Origin: Oculina patagonica | Lineage: Eukaryota | NCBI RefSeq assembly: GCF_052425735.1 | Contig: NC_135763.1 | Location: forward strand, 25,916,001-25,980,000 | Reading direction: 5' to 3' | DNA: 64,000 bases | Shown: piece by piece, positions 1 through 12,846 of the stretch | Numbering within the stretch: position 1 is the stretch's first letter | Layout of the letters: every line of letters starts with the position of its first letter | Notes under the pieces: model-generated | Databases searched by the model: none | What the model saw: only the letters and a program-made list of their open reading frames with translations | Told to the model about the DNA's origin: nothing | Made by a program: the position numbers and the translations under genes

Positions 1-549
1 AGGAGTTCTAAAGATGTTTTTAAAAACTCGTCAGCAAACATGACGTTATCTGCATGTTCACGATTGTTCTCAGTGAAAGAAACAATCGTAATTAAACAAA
101 GTTTGGTGTTAAAATGTTATTTAGATACTTTTGTTGTATTGGAATTGCGTGAAATGCTCCAAAATCTTACTGTGAGAGGGAAATAAGCATATATTCAGAA
201 AAAAAAATTGATAAAAAGCAGACTTTTGCGTTTTTGCAGCAACATTCGAGCAACTTTTTTTTGGATTTTGGAGCAGTTTCAAACAACTTTTAGGGAAATT
301 ATGAGCAGCTTGGGACAGCCTCTTAGCCACAATATATTGGGCTTCTGAGAAGCGTTCAACTCGGTATTAGAGAACTGTTGGCATCACACCTTACCACGGT
401 ATATGTTCGATTCGGTCCATAAAAAGGTTGTCATCAACAACAACAAATACAACAGCAAAATAACTTGATATTAACCTCCCAGGTGTTTAATTAAACAAAC
501 CGATAGTAAAGGTATTTGGGATGTTTATTTTGTTTGGTTAATTGCTTAC

Positions 550-618
550 TTCTGAATTCTCTTTGGTGTCTTCAACAGAAATCCCAGACCTCTGCAAAGT
601 TTCATAGAAACTGTGTGC
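550..618 (-). CDS. GRL exon 2 (AHSFYETLQRSGISVEDTKENSE)
   Basis: 69-nt phase-0 exon bounded by ...accgacAG and GTAAGC on the minus strand. Resembles exon 2 of the plus-strand GRL (TNSFQKILQTYPVSTADEVK). Later exons presumably lie left of the window. Confidence 0.75.
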
Positions 619-2086
619 CTGTCGGTGACAATTTTGTAAAGTTAGCTGTGATCACTATCATTCGAAGCAGACACCGCGTTTTCTTGTTTTAATATTTTTT
701 TCATAATATTTAATTTTTAATTTATGTTCCTGGTGGACATAAAATGTGCAATTTACAATTACTGTTTGTAATCTTCTTCCCCTCAAACCAAATGTTTTTC
801 TTTTTGCAAACCATGCAAGCTTATTAGCTATATTTAGCATAAACTTAAGTTAATATGTTTTTTAACTTTGCTGGCTTATTATTTTAGGGTAAGCTTTATT
901 TGACGAAATGTTTTTCTTTTTTTTTTTGCCAAAAACAAAATGGACTTATAATCCAAGCCGTTTTAAGTCCATTTTGTTATTCAGTGAAAAAAAAAAGCTG
1001 ATCTCAAAATTATAAAGCAGTAAAGAAAAATTTAAATGTTGATGCGAAATATAGCTGATAAACTTGCATAATTTTCAACAAGTAATGAATTGTTTTGAAG
1101 GAAAAAATACTCAAAACAATCCTTGCAATTACACATTTGGTAGCATTGAAAAGTAATAACACAGCAAGTGGAAAGCATTTTCAACCAATTTTTTAAATTT
1201 GTTTTTCAAAGATGTCGATGCTGCTTCACTTGTAAGTGTTTAGATAAATGGTCTGTTCATTTAGAATCAAGGATAGCTTCGCCATGGACAGTAAACGGTT
1301 GTCATATCAAACTGTACTTGTGCCGGGATAAAAAAAAAAAACAGAACCTCTTATACATCGAAGATTGCTTAGCTGATACTAAGAGATTTTAGCTTAAAAA
1401 AGGGGCAGCACTTTTTTTACCTCATTACTGATTTTTATTTTTGTTTTAAAGTTGTCTGCTCCAACTAGAGAAACTTCATCCTGAAAGTTGCATTTAAAGA
1501 GTGAAGCAGTCTAAGGAATTTCCAAGATAGAAAAGTAGCACACATGATAGTAACAAAATTCCTTTTCACAATTATGCAAAATATACCCGGAATGTAAAGA
1601 AAAAAAATACAATTTACTTTAAAGATGCTTTTGTTTATTAAGATGAAATATTTATATAAGTGCCCCAATTAACTTATTTTTTATTACTTTTTAATCTACT
1701 TAGGGATTCAAACACGACAACAATTAAAAAAACAAAAACAAAAAGTCACCCGTTATGCAAACGAATTAAAAAATTAAACTCAAACTTTATGAAACGTCTA
1801 CTGGTTACCATGGCTTACAGTAAACAACAACAACAACAACAACAATTAACACGTTAAAGTAGAAGCTTAGAGTTTCAGCGAATTGATAAAGAAGATCAGG
1901 CAAAATGACCGAGTCCATATTTTGACCTTTTTTTTTTCATTTATCACACAATTTTTGCTGCATGATTAAAAAGAAACGAGAAAAATGAAATGCTTTTATG
2001 TTAATTATTGATAAGATGCGTATTTCGAGTAGAGATGGGTGGGAATCAACGAGAAAAAAAAAATGCAATATTGTCCAGTGGCTTAC

Positions 2087-3106
2087 CTTTTCCTTAACCC
2101 GATTTCCAAAAATGAAAATAACTATCACCAAAGTAGACATGCAAAAGCACCAGTAGACATAACACAAAACCACGATGGTTTCACTTGGCATCTTCATGAG
2201 CTGATAAAAGTTGACGCATAGCAATGGTATGTCCAACGAAATGATAACAAAGAGGAGAGGCGAAAACACCGCATTAGCCAGCTCCACGATCTCACATAGT
2301 TTGAGGTGTTCCTGCCTCAAGTGGTTCACGGTAAAAGAGTAGATTAAATCCTTGCACATTTTATTTTGCAAGGTCTCGAACATTCTTTCCAGGAGCATGC
2401 AAGTGACGCAGAAGATCAGAGGTGGTAAAGTCCAAGCAAACGAATTGAGAGCCGCAAACACCAGTTCCATCACTCGAACCGTTAAGTGCATGCTTGGATG
2501 TCGATTCCATGGTGGCAACATAAAGAATACGCCGTTGAAACGAACACTGAGAAGGCAGATTACGATAAAATTGATCCCAGCTGCTAAACACGCTACAGCC
2601 AAGCTCTTCGCTGCTTTCCCCTTCATCCCATCAATCTCGGTCGCTGTCGTGTCAAAACTGGAGATAAATTTTGCAAATCTCGATCGTCTTTTGCCCGTTA
2701 ATGGCAAAACGAACAAGCAAACGGTTGTGCTACTTGCACTCTGAATATACCAAGCGGTGGTGAGCAATAAGAAGAAAAAAGAGCTCATTGAGGAAAAACC
2801 AATGTGAAGGAGACTTGTCACACATAATACCACCATTAGCCATTGACCCAGAACGACAATCGCGCTTGAGAGGTGCGAAATGTACAATTTCCTTCGACCA
2901 CTGCTATCAGCCAGTGCGGTCTCGCCGAAATATTGCCCCGCCAATTTCATAGCGGTCAGAATCGGACGGAAAATCTCTGCAAGCTGCCTTTGACGATTCG
3001 ACCCCATTTGGACTCCGCTCTGATTTTCTTCGGCTAGAATGGAGTTATTAGTCACAACCACTTCCCTCTGGCTTATTTCTAGCACATGCACTGTTCGAGG
3101 CAGCAT
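2087..3106 (-). CDS. Gustatory receptor-like (7tm_7/GRL) gene A, large first exon
   Basis: 340 codons with about six hydrophobic segments and the motif LRQEHLKLCEIVELANAVFSPLL. Ends at a phase-0 donor AAG|GTAAGC (2081-2086). The ORF-track tail 1937-2086 is intron read-through. Confidence 0.85.
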
Positions 3107-3169
3107 AATGTATGTTTTTTAGCTAGGTCAAGCCTCCGCGGTCAGTAAACGTCGTAGTCTAGACCGACG

Positions 3170-3245
3170 AGTCTTTTCAGTATTTGTTTGTAACGACAAT
3201 TCAATGCGAGCAGGTGTACTTGCAAACTCTATTAATTAAAAGAAC
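3170..3245 (-). promoter_or_regulatory. Putative proximal promoter block conserved between GRL A and GRL B
   Basis: ttcagtattt...gcaggtgt(t)acttgcaaac.ctatt is shared with ~26187-26252. Contains an E-box (CAGGTG) and an AT-rich TATA-like stretch about 100-130 bp upstream of the ATG. Confidence 0.35.
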
Positions 3246-5446
3246 TAGGGGTTTACAATATTAAATTGTCACACAAAAATACATTATTTTTGTACATAAC
3301 GACCTCGCCAAAATCTTCCATTGTTATTAATGTAGTAAATTGAGTACTATTGGTTTTCGGAATTCTTTTTTCTACCTGGTTTTCAAATTGAAACAGCAAT
3401 GTTTGTAAACAGTAAGTCATCCTGCCTTAAAACTATTAAAACTAGCAGACAAACACCCGTAGCTGTTCTTTGTTCATAAAAATTAAAATTCATGTCAAAC
3501 TGTTAGTCGCTAACCTTAGGCATTATGCTTGTACCGGTTAGTTCTATTGAGAAACTCATAAAAAGGAAAAAAAAAACAAGTCCTTTTAAAATTTCAGGAA
3601 GGACTGGTTAACGATTTAGATTGGCCGTGAACTAATCCTTGTTGTCAACAGCAAGCGCTTATCTTAAGTACTAGTCTAGCGATTCCCAATTTAGTCAGAG
3701 GTTTTTAATGTTTTCAAACCCAATATTCCAATTTGATAAACCATGTGTGCTGTGAGATTTTTTTTACAAATTATGTAGTATTTGTAGCTTCCTTGTATAA
3801 TAATAAAAGCTATCTTTTATAAAAATAATTATTCTGGAAGTGTTAGTTAAAATTTATTTGTTTGAACTGTGTCAACTAGAATCTTCAAGTTCTATTTCGT
3901 ATGTGAGGATTTAATTGCTATCTTTTGTGCCAGGAAAGTTAATTGATATATCACGCTGTTTTCAAATAAATTTCATAGAGTCATTTTTATTGTTTTTACA
4001 AAATTGTTATGAAGTACCAAATATGAGTTTTAAAATAGGTTGTTTTTTATGTCATCTTTCTGCAATACCTAATATCATGATAATATATAATTGTTGCATT
4101 TCAACCATTCAGTTATTATATGGTCTCAAATTTGGTTGTAGCTATTTATTGTTTGGATGCTTCAATGTCACTGCCCGGCCCTCTGATTTGTTTTTGACTG
4201 AATAAGGTTTATTTGGTAAAATTTAATTCACGTCAAGTGAACCATTTCAAGTAGTCACAATGGAAGCTCCAATGCTGAAACTTTAGGATATATAACAACT
4301 GTTATTATATTTTTTTCAGGACCTAGAGTGCCTAGTGGCACATGAAGCAGGAAGCTTCCATGAGGGTTCTCCACTTATTACACGTCAGCAATAATCCACC
4401 AATCAAATGTCTACATTATGGCCACGTGCCGATCCATTATTCCACTATTTTGGACAGCATTCAATTGGACAGAGAAATATTGGTCAGAGATCATGCAGAA
4501 AGTAAACATTAGGGTCTTTGCAGAAAAACAAATTTGTTCATTTGAAAGAGGTCACTTCAATACCTGGATATTCGAAGCATGAGGATTTTTGACAGTTGTC
4601 TACAATGGCTTTTGGACCAAAAAAAAATCCAAGAATGGCGCTCAAGACGATTATAGATCGTAAACTCAGTGCTAACGTGGATCGCGCGGCCATGACAAGC
4701 TGTGACAGATCGACTGAGCAAATATATATTCAGTTCTTTACTCTTTTCAAGACGATAAGCAAAATTGCTCCGAAGTCACCAAAGATTTTAAAAAGGTACA
4801 AGAGAAATACATTTTTTGCAGTATTCGTTTTGCTCCATTTTGAGCCTTTTGGCCTTGTGTGGGATGGATGTGATTTATTTCACTTCAAGTAAATTCAATT
4901 GTTTTCTATTGATAGGTGGTTTATTTCTTTGGTTTAAAAAAAATACTTATAGGGTTCATCGTGCCCCAGAATTAAGTAACGTCTCAAAGTTTTCTACTCC
5001 AAAAAAAAGAATTTTTATCATAGAAATTGGAGTTAAAGAGTATGGAAACATGAGGAGGAATGAATTATATAGCACACTAGACAGTTAAAAGTTTTGCCTT
5101 TCCGGAAAAGGTAAAATACATCAGGAGTATAAATTAAATAAATGCAATTTATAATTAATACAAAGCTGCTTTTGTTTATTAAAATGAAATAGCTATATAA
5201 ATGTACGGAAAATCAATTAATTTTTAATTATTTTTATTCTATTTTAAAAAAACGGATGTTTAAACAAAAAGACAATTAAAAAGAAAAAAAGAAATCCCCT
5301 CAGGCAATAAAATAAAAATAATAAAAAAAATATTAAAATGGTGGGAAAGCCCCACACAAATTAACGGCACCAAATTTGAAATTTAAAAAAAAATAAACTT
5401 CTATTGTTTGCTATGGCTTACAGCAACTTCAACGGCAACAAAACAA

Positions 5447-5700
5447 TCCGGAGTTCCCCGGTTCGAGACCTGCCCCTGTCACTAGCTGGATTTGTTTCTC
5501 GGTTGCCCCGAGTTTAAATCCTTGATCACGCTTTGTACATATCCAACTGGTATGCCTCCTGCCAGTTGGAATTGTTACCCTTTCATTTTAAATATTTTTC
5601 CTCTGTTTCAGTGGCATGCCTGTAAACTAGCTATCTCGAAGAGATATGAAGCTAAGTGCATGACCACTGTAAACAACATTTACATTTACATTTACATTAC
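5447..5700 (+). mobile_element. tRNA-derived SINE (5'-truncated)
   Basis: B-box GGTTCGAGACC, body ctagctggatttgtttctc..., (TTTACA)n tail. Same family as 35922-36165. Confidence 0.75.
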
Positions 5701-6247
5701 AATTAATGTGCCTGGGTTACTTATTTTGTGATTGAACTTTTTAACTATATGTACAACCAAGCCGCCTTCATTTTTTTGTTGTTTCAGTCACCCTAAATTA
5801 CGTACGTAAAAATTATGTGCACTAGTATAAAAAGTGTGAAATAATCGTTTCAGTTTATCTGAAAGAATTAAGAAATTATTTTACAATATCATGCTTAAAA
5901 AACCATTGCAGATATGGGTAAACTGAAAAGCCATCTTCACAAATTGTGCACGGGCACAGGTACCTGGGCACCTGGATAAAAATAGTGCGCTGTTCACACA
6001 TTGGGAACCAAAAGACCCAATAACCCTTTAGTGCCCGAATACAATTCCCACATTGTACTCCGGCATGATCACTGTGCCCGAATCCTGGCCTGGGTAATTA
6101 AGTAAAAATGGTGTTCACATGTGCTCTCAGCGAGAATTGCTTGCACCCTACCCGAGCAAAAAATTGAAAACAGCCTAAAAGGGACGAGGGGCCGGGTGAT
6201 AGAGGCAAAATATTAAAGAATTCTAAAGGCCCTGCTCGCACTGTGCT

Positions 6248-6730
6248 TAACCCTTTAAGTCCTAGCCACGCATATATGCGTGGAAAATACCAGCAGTGAT
6301 TGAAAAAACTCTAGCTTTTACATATCTGGGCACATGATAGTAATGACTGCTTTTTATGGCAAAGTGATAATTTTCATAGCTTTAAAAGCCAACTAACTGA
6401 CTAAAACTCTTGATTTCTGTTGCATATGGTTGTTTGTTCAGCAGCAAATCTGAAAATGCCCGTTTTCTACGTAACAGGACAACAACAAAAAACACACATC
6501 TTTGCCTCCATTTTTTTTAATGAAAAAATAATTCTGACTTCAAAAATATACATTTGCAGCAAACTTCAACCCTATTCCCTTCCGTTCACCAAGGAAATTT
6601 CCCATCAATCATTCAGCAGACTCAGCAATTACTATTCGATTAGAGCTATGCTTGCAAACCTGTAATTTCCTCGTTGCTGACCGAAAGGGATGCTTGGGAA
6701 AAACAGTCATGGCGACGGCATGAAAGGCTT
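6248..6730. mobile_element. Possible piggyBac-like MITE remnant
   Basis: Begins TTAA-CCCTTT. Right end is degenerate (gaaaggctt), with no clean TSD. Confidence 0.3.
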
Positions 6731-6744
6731 CCTACCTTTATTCC

Positions 6745-7328
6745 ATATACTCGAAAGTTCAGTAAAGGAAAACGCCAAAACAGTAAATGAGATGGAGGCT
6801 GGAGTTACTGCTCTAAATGCCGATGTGGAAGAAATCAAAGCAAAAGCCGATAAAACCAGTTACGAGGTAATTACTCTGCGCCAGCAACAGTGGTATTTAG
6901 AAACATACCAAAGAAGGGAGAACCTTCGTTTTCATTGGATTCCTGAACGACTGGATGAGCAGGAAAACACCAGAGAAGTGCTGGTTAACTTTATGATAAA
7001 CGAGCTCAACCTCGAAGACGCGCCACAAATCGAATTTCAACGGGTACATCGAGTAGGCAGGTTTGACGCATCACAGCACAACCCACGCCAGATCATCGCT
7101 CGCTTTCTCCGCTATGGGGACCGGGAGAAAGTTTTTTCTCAGGCAAGACAACTTAAAGGCACAGGTATGGGAATATCTCCCGATCTCCCTAAAGGAGTCG
7201 TGGATATCAGAAAGAAGCAGATCGAAACCTTGAAAAAGGCTAAAAAAGAAGGCAAAAGAGCTTATTTCAGTAGAGCAGAGCCGGACAAACTGTACGTAGA
7301 TGGACATTTAATCCCTGTTTCAGAGTAA
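6745..7328 (+). CDS. L1/Tx1 ORF1 (coiled coil + RRM/CTD), 5'-truncated
   Basis: RRENLRF..IPE, IEFQRVHRVG, PRQIIARFLRYGDRE and DKLYVDG motifs typical of L1 ORF1. Confidence 0.85.
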
Positions 7329-7750
7329 TTCAGTTTTAAGTTATAAAGTTGTAGGCCTTCGGTTGAACTTTGAAAAATTTGAATATTCTGGAGCTACCGT
7401 TATGCAAATTGATAATTAGATTGCAAGATTCGGTTGCTAGCAGCTAATCAACAGCTTTGCTGGTTGCTTATTTTAATTACTGCTGTGAAGTGTTTTTTTC
7501 TTTGTTTTTTTGTGTTGGTTGCGCTTTTGTTTTTTTCTTTACTTATCAATATGGTAGTATTAATTGTCGCATGTAGTGTTCTTTGCATTATCTTATTGTT
7601 TTCAGCTTGGTGTATTTTATCGAGCGTTGTTTTTGTTGTTTTTGTTTTGAGTCTGTGCCTTGCATTCAGTTTATATCATTACCAGTCGCCATATTGCATA
7701 TTTTTAGAAGTCATGATCTTGCTTAAAGCCGTTATTATCTTTTTTATCTG

Positions 7751-8371
7751 ATGGAGGAAAACAATTTCCAATTTAAACTGCTTTCTTTAAATGTAAGAGG
7801 GATCCGTTCTTTCGAAAAAAGAAAATGTATTTTCAACTGGTTGCTTAAGCAAAATGCATATATCTTTTTTCTGCAGGAAACGTACAGTATACAAAAGAGA
7901 TTGAAAATCAGTGGCGGAAACAATGGAGAGGAGAGTTGTTTTTCTCTCACGGTACATCGCGCAGTAAAGGCGTCCTTGTTTTAGTGCGGGAAAATTTGGA
8001 TTTTAATGTTAATTCAACGCATACCGATAATTCGGGAAGATTTGTTATTCTAGATACCTTAATTCAGGACTCGCCGTTTCTTCTAGCAAATATCTATGCC
8101 CCAACAAAAGGCTCTGAACAATGTCAGTTTTTAGACGAAATTGCTAATCACTTCGCAGACAAAGTATGTCAATCTAAACATTATATTATTACTGGAGGTG
8201 ATTTTAATGCTACTTTCGATCCAGATCTTGACTGTTCGGGTGGAAGGCCTTCCATAAAGAATTGCATTAAGAACCTCAATGATATTATGCTACAAAATGA
8301 CCTGGTCGATATATGGAGAGTGCGCAACCCGAACAAAAAGCGCTTCACTTGGAGACAGAAAAATCCATTAA
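7751..8371 (+). pseudogene. Host L1 ORF2 part 1: APE endonuclease (frameshift near 7885)
   Basis: SLNVRG, FLQET, NIYAP, GGDFN and DIWR..NP...FTW motifs. Breaks at KNPL. Confidence 0.9.
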
Positions 8372-10399
8372 AGCAAATTTATATGTAATAAAAATGCCAA
8401 TTTACATGTAATATAAATTAAAGTTAATGTGACAACCATGAAAGGAGTTCAGAGAAGTCATAAGATCACTCTATTCAAATATGCAGATCTGTCACGTAAT
8501 ATGCTACAAGACTATCACTCTTGCGTTACATTCAAAGGTCAAATTCACTTCTAGAGTGTGATGCGCTATTTGGGCTGGCCAATCACATCGCCCCCTTTTC
8601 TATTATGTCAATCAAGGCCATGCGGTTTTATCTAGACTTGAGTAGTATAGTTTTACTTCAAATTCTCTGAGCTCCCTAGAAGAGTTTTCACAATAATTAT
8701 TATTGCTGTGATATCCTTCGATTGTTTTTTTGCTTCAACATCGCTCCATCAGTACTTTATGAGTTATCCTGGTATCTCCCCGCGAACTACGTTCCGGTTT
8801 TACACATTTTATTCTGTCGTTCGAAGATAAATATGCGGACGATCTGTCGAAGGCCTCGCACTACTGAACAAGTATTCGGTCCAGCAACTGAGGAACTTGA
8901 TATGCACACACAGAACGGATTGCCTCTACCGGAATATGGCCACTCTACCGACTCGGCTTCAAGGTCCTGTGGTCTCCAAACCGCGGCTAAAACAGCAAAA
9001 AGCATGAACCTCACAAAAACATTATTTGTATGGTGGAGACAACATGCCTTCGTTTGCCCGAGATTATGTAATGTGAATGAACGACTTATAAAGAACAAGA
9101 CGATTTCTTCAACTAGAAAATACTATTCTCTTGTCAAGCCGGAGAACAGTCAACAAGGGTCATGGCCGTCGTGAATGTCTTTCAAACCTCGTCTAGCGCG
9201 CCTTCTCTCCCGCCGAAAGTGGTCAGTAAAAAAAAAAAAAATTTGACAAGCAATCCGGATTTCCCTGGGGTGCATCTTGGCCAAGTGGAATCCAGGAGCT
9301 TGCTAAAAGCTAAGTATAAATATTTATAAGCTGATTCTATTTTGCGTTATATCATAGTTAGTAGAGTTTTATTCGACCGGCGTTAAATGAGATTTCAATA
9401 TGAAAACAAACGAAACTTAGAGCAATTTGCAGGCTGCCGTTTCCACCAGCCGTCGTAAAGCCTAAAGGGCTGGAAGTTACAAGATATTCGCTATTGTTAT
9501 CTTCTGCAGCGTTCGAAGTCATGTCTTAATACCTGAGTAGACGAGACCCTTTATAATTTGGCTGCTCAAAGTTGAGGAAGAGTGACATAAACTTAGCTTT
9601 GCTGGAGGCTAGTGTGGTGAATTCTCGTCCCTTGTCACTAAAGTCAAAATAGGACAAATAACAACTCAAAGCAACGAAAGTTCTCAGCTTATAGAATACT
9701 TTATGAAGATTCTGAAAATGTAAAGAGTTTTTACATTTAATGCAAGGAATTTGAGGTATTTAAAAGTGCCATTGTGACTGCCATTTTAACAAAAAATAGG
9801 TTATAACTCAAGGGGAAATTGAACAATTGTAGCAAGAATTTGATCCAAACATACAGGGGCGTACCTGCCTTTACTCGTAGCACTATAAATTGCCTAGGAA
9901 CGCCCCTGACATAAAATACAATAACAGGACTTTTTACGGGAGTATGTCACAGGAAATATAAAAGTGATGATCCTAGGATCAAAACATAAAATTTTGCTTT
10001 GCAGTGAATACATTACCTTGTTTATGCAAGAAGCATCAAACAACTCACGACATACTCGAAATTCTAACCATTTCAAGCCTGCCAAATTTAGTGGCACAAG
10101 GATAAATCTAACAGGAGCTACTCTATCTACAATGAATGCATGTCTGTGTCGCAAGTGTCTAAATTGTTCAAATACGCCTTATTTTTCGCACCTTCTTTCC
10201 TAATTGATTCTTGTGCGAGTTCTGCCTTCCTGCCATGTTTCTCAGGTCAGCAATGTATAATTGCAGTGGTGAATAACAAACTTTTGCTCTGTATAAGGTC
10301 TTTCTTTCCGTTTTTCCCAGCACTCATTGAATTCGTGCTGTATCATTCAAAGGGAAACCATGAATTGGCATTTTAGTATTAACAGTCTTGTATTTATAA

Positions 10400-11065
10400 A
10401 TCTATCATCATCATCATTTTATCTGCCACTTCAGAATTACAAATACAAATTAAAATAACTTAAAAGATAGGGCGAGGAGACCTCCAAGAAACCACAAGGC
10501 TTATGGGGGAGGCTACCTCGGGTTAGCAATAAGTTTGTAATTTCGCTGTGAGTGTGCAGCTAGGTCAATTTCAGACTCATTTCCTGGTAGAGAATTCCAA
10601 ATTTTAGGACCCTGGAAAAGTATTGTAAACTGCTTTAGATTTGTACGACAGTGATGTGGTCGATAACACTTGGCTATTCTTGTATCATAACTGTGTATTT
10701 GACTACTAGTAGAAAACAAATTGAGAAACATCGGGGGCAATAATTGGTTAAGATAGTAAAACATAAATTTAGCTATTTGCAATGCATTAACTTGAAGATA
10801 TCTAAGATGCCCAGTTTAGCAAATAAGGGGGCAGAATGTTCTCGATAGTCTGAGTTGGTAATAGCTCGCACAGCACATTTTTGTAAATGAAAAATTCTAT
10901 TTAAATTAGCTACATAATCATGTAGAAGACCAGGCTGAATTACAGTTAGTGATATAAGGATAAATTAAGGTGTAGTACAGAGCAAGCTTAGGATTAGATG
11001 ATAAATAATATCTTGACCTAAATATGACACCAACTGACTTAGAGATTTGTTTACATACTCCTTTA
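10400..11065 (-). mobile_element. CR1/L2-like LINE 3' fragment
   Basis: QIAKFMFYYLNQLLP..HSYDTR..GPKIWNSLP C-terminal motif. Upstream decayed LYYTLIYPYI and HSAPLFAKL-like sequence. Confidence 0.75.
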
Positions 11066-11074
11066 CGTGTATGA

Positions 11075-11216
11075 AATGGCTAGGTCACACCTTACGGATG
11101 CCTTCCTGTACCATCACAAGGCAAGCTTTGTCCTGAAATCCTCAAGGGAGTTAAAAGAGAGGTCGACCATGAACACCTGGAGACGTTCGCTAAAAGCAGA
11201 GATCAAGTCCATGGGC

Positions 11217-11250
<34 letters not shown>

Positions 11251-11876
11251 CTTTATTTAAACTCGAATTTAGAGTAGCTTGACAGCTAATATTTCCGAGA
11301 ACGAAAAATAGAGAACAAAAAAAAAAAAATAAAATAATAATAAAATAAAAACAAAAGTTACTATTTACATATTTAAAATTGACTTATATTAACTAATTAT
11401 AAAATTGTCATTTACATGCTTCATGAATTGGCTTTGCAGATGTACCTTTTAAAGTCAGATAAGTTACATAGCCTTATAAAATTAGGTAGAGAATTCCATT
11501 CTTTTGTTGCCAGATAAGTAAAGGAGTGGAGACCAAAAGTTGTAGTTCTAGGTTTGGGCATTTCCAGTATATAGTTTCCACGCAGGTCGTATGAAGTAGA
11601 ACGGAGCGAGAACATGGATTGTTTCTCATATAGGCGGGATAGTTATTGAAAAATAGACTTTTGTACAAGATGGTAAGGAATTTACAGATGCATTGATCAT
11701 GAAGTTGGGACAGTTTATCATGTCTTGCAGCACATTATAAGGCAATTCAAAATCACTTAAAATGAATCTCAGAGTTGGTACCAGCTAGAGAGGGATGCAC
11801 GGGACAGGATGCTATGACGAGAGACTGTTGATGGTCTATACTCCTAAGAAGGAGTCGAGCGAAGGGCTACTACTAC
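11075..11876 (+). mobile_element. RTE-clade LINE 3' fragment, split by a CR1-like insertion
   Basis: WLGHTLRMP..ITRQAL..NPQG..KRGRP..TWRR (~11077-11215) resumes as WYQLERDARDR..VDGL (~11776-11850), followed by a (CTA)n tail. Confidence 0.65.
11216..11770 (-). mobile_element. CR1/L2-like LINE 3' fragment with (ATT)n tail
   Basis: YDLRG..LEMPKPRTTTFGLHSFTYLATKEWNSLP. AATAAA plus (AAT)n microsatellite at 11216-11258. Confidence 0.75.
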
Positions 11877-12062
11877 TTATTTACATGTTAACTTAAACCT
11901 ATTTTATATTTGTGTGGTGTTCGTCTATGGGGAATACACTTCGTGTATTTGTGGGGATGAAGTGCTCTGTACCATTCGCCCTTTTGCCCCATAGCCTCAC
12001 AGGGTCAGCTTTCCCCTTATAGTGGGGACCCCCCAGTGTTGCTGTTGTTGGTTGTTGTGATT

Positions 12063-12278
12063 GTTCCCAAGGGTCCTAGAGATTAGGACCCCAGGTTCTT
12101 GGGAACCAGGGCATGTGGTTGTGTTTGTTCCCAAGGGTCCTAGAGATTAGGACCCCAGGTTCTTGGGAACGTTCCCAAGGGTCCTAGAGATTAGGACCCC
12201 AGGTTCTTGGGAACCAGGGCATGTGGTTGTGTTTGTTCCCAAGGGTCCTAGAGATTAGGACCCCAGGTTCTTGGGAAC
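12063..12278. repeat. Four identical 44-bp nested-palindrome units
   Basis: GTTCCCAAGGGTCCTAGAGATTAGGACCCCAGGTTCTTGGGAAC at 12063, 12127, 12171 and 12235. An identical 20-bp linker follows units 1 and 3. Confidence 0.95.
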
Positions 12279-12468
12279 TAGGGCTTCCAGTCCTGAAAGG
12301 AAGGAGAGGATTCCAGTCTCTCGTTGCCAACCAACTAACCTGTGATACATGTACCCTGCATGATTCCTATTGATGATTCTGATTGGCAACTCGAGCACTT
12401 CATCCCTTACCCCTTTTCTCCCACTGAACTTGTTGTCTTGTTTTGACTTCATGGGTTGGGAACATTAA

Positions 12469-12773
12469 TTCAAAGACGACTGGACTTTTGGTTAATCAGC
12501 AATTCTTTACAGGACGACATAGAAAATGTAGACATCTTATCTTCCGTCAAAAGTGACCACTCCGCAATTATTTTGAATATTGATAGCGTAAAGAACTTAA
12601 ACCACGGTCCATCTTTTTGGAAATTTAATAATAGTCTTCTCGATGATGAACAATACATTAAATTGATTGAGCAGCTTGTTCCTGATTGGATTGAGGAGAT
12701 TAACTATTCTGATGATGCTAGAGTTCAGTGGGATTGGCTAAAATACAATATCCGTAAGGAGACCATTACTTAT
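12469..12773 (+). pseudogene. Host L1 ORF2 part 2 (end of endonuclease, linker)
   Basis: RRLDFWLIS, SDHSAI, WKFNNSLL, WDWLKYNIR. Confidence 0.9.
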
Positions 12774-12846
12774 TGCGTGATTTCATGCCGCGCGGGGGCC
12801 TGGCACTACCGGATTTTCCCGGACTTTTTTAAAATCCAGTTTCAAG

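Larger units (their letters stand above)
8372..12462. mobile_element. Composite insertion into the L1 endonuclease, flanked by a CATTAA duplication
   Basis: CATTAA at 8366-8371 and 12463-12468. Removal restores KNPL-IQRRLDFW. Contains LINE fragments and a hairpin array; the parent element is not identified. Confidence 0.7.

Noticed and set aside
4235-4290. Minus-strand PK-FSIGASIVTT resembling GRL exon 3
   Set aside because: Needs a frameshift, hits a stop and lacks splice sites. Too weak, though worth a TBLASTN check.
7434-7751. Hydrophobic 105-aa ORF between L1 ORF1 and ORF2
   Set aside because: T-rich inter-ORF spacer giving a spurious Phe/Leu/Val frame with a non-ATG start.
8372-9895. 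Kolobok-like TIR pair (agcaaatttata / tataaattgcct)
   Set aside because: The match is short and imperfect, with no TTAA at the right side.
12063-12278. CRISPR-like appearance of the palindromic repeats
   Set aside because: Linkers are identical or absent, there are no cas genes, and the context is eukaryotic.
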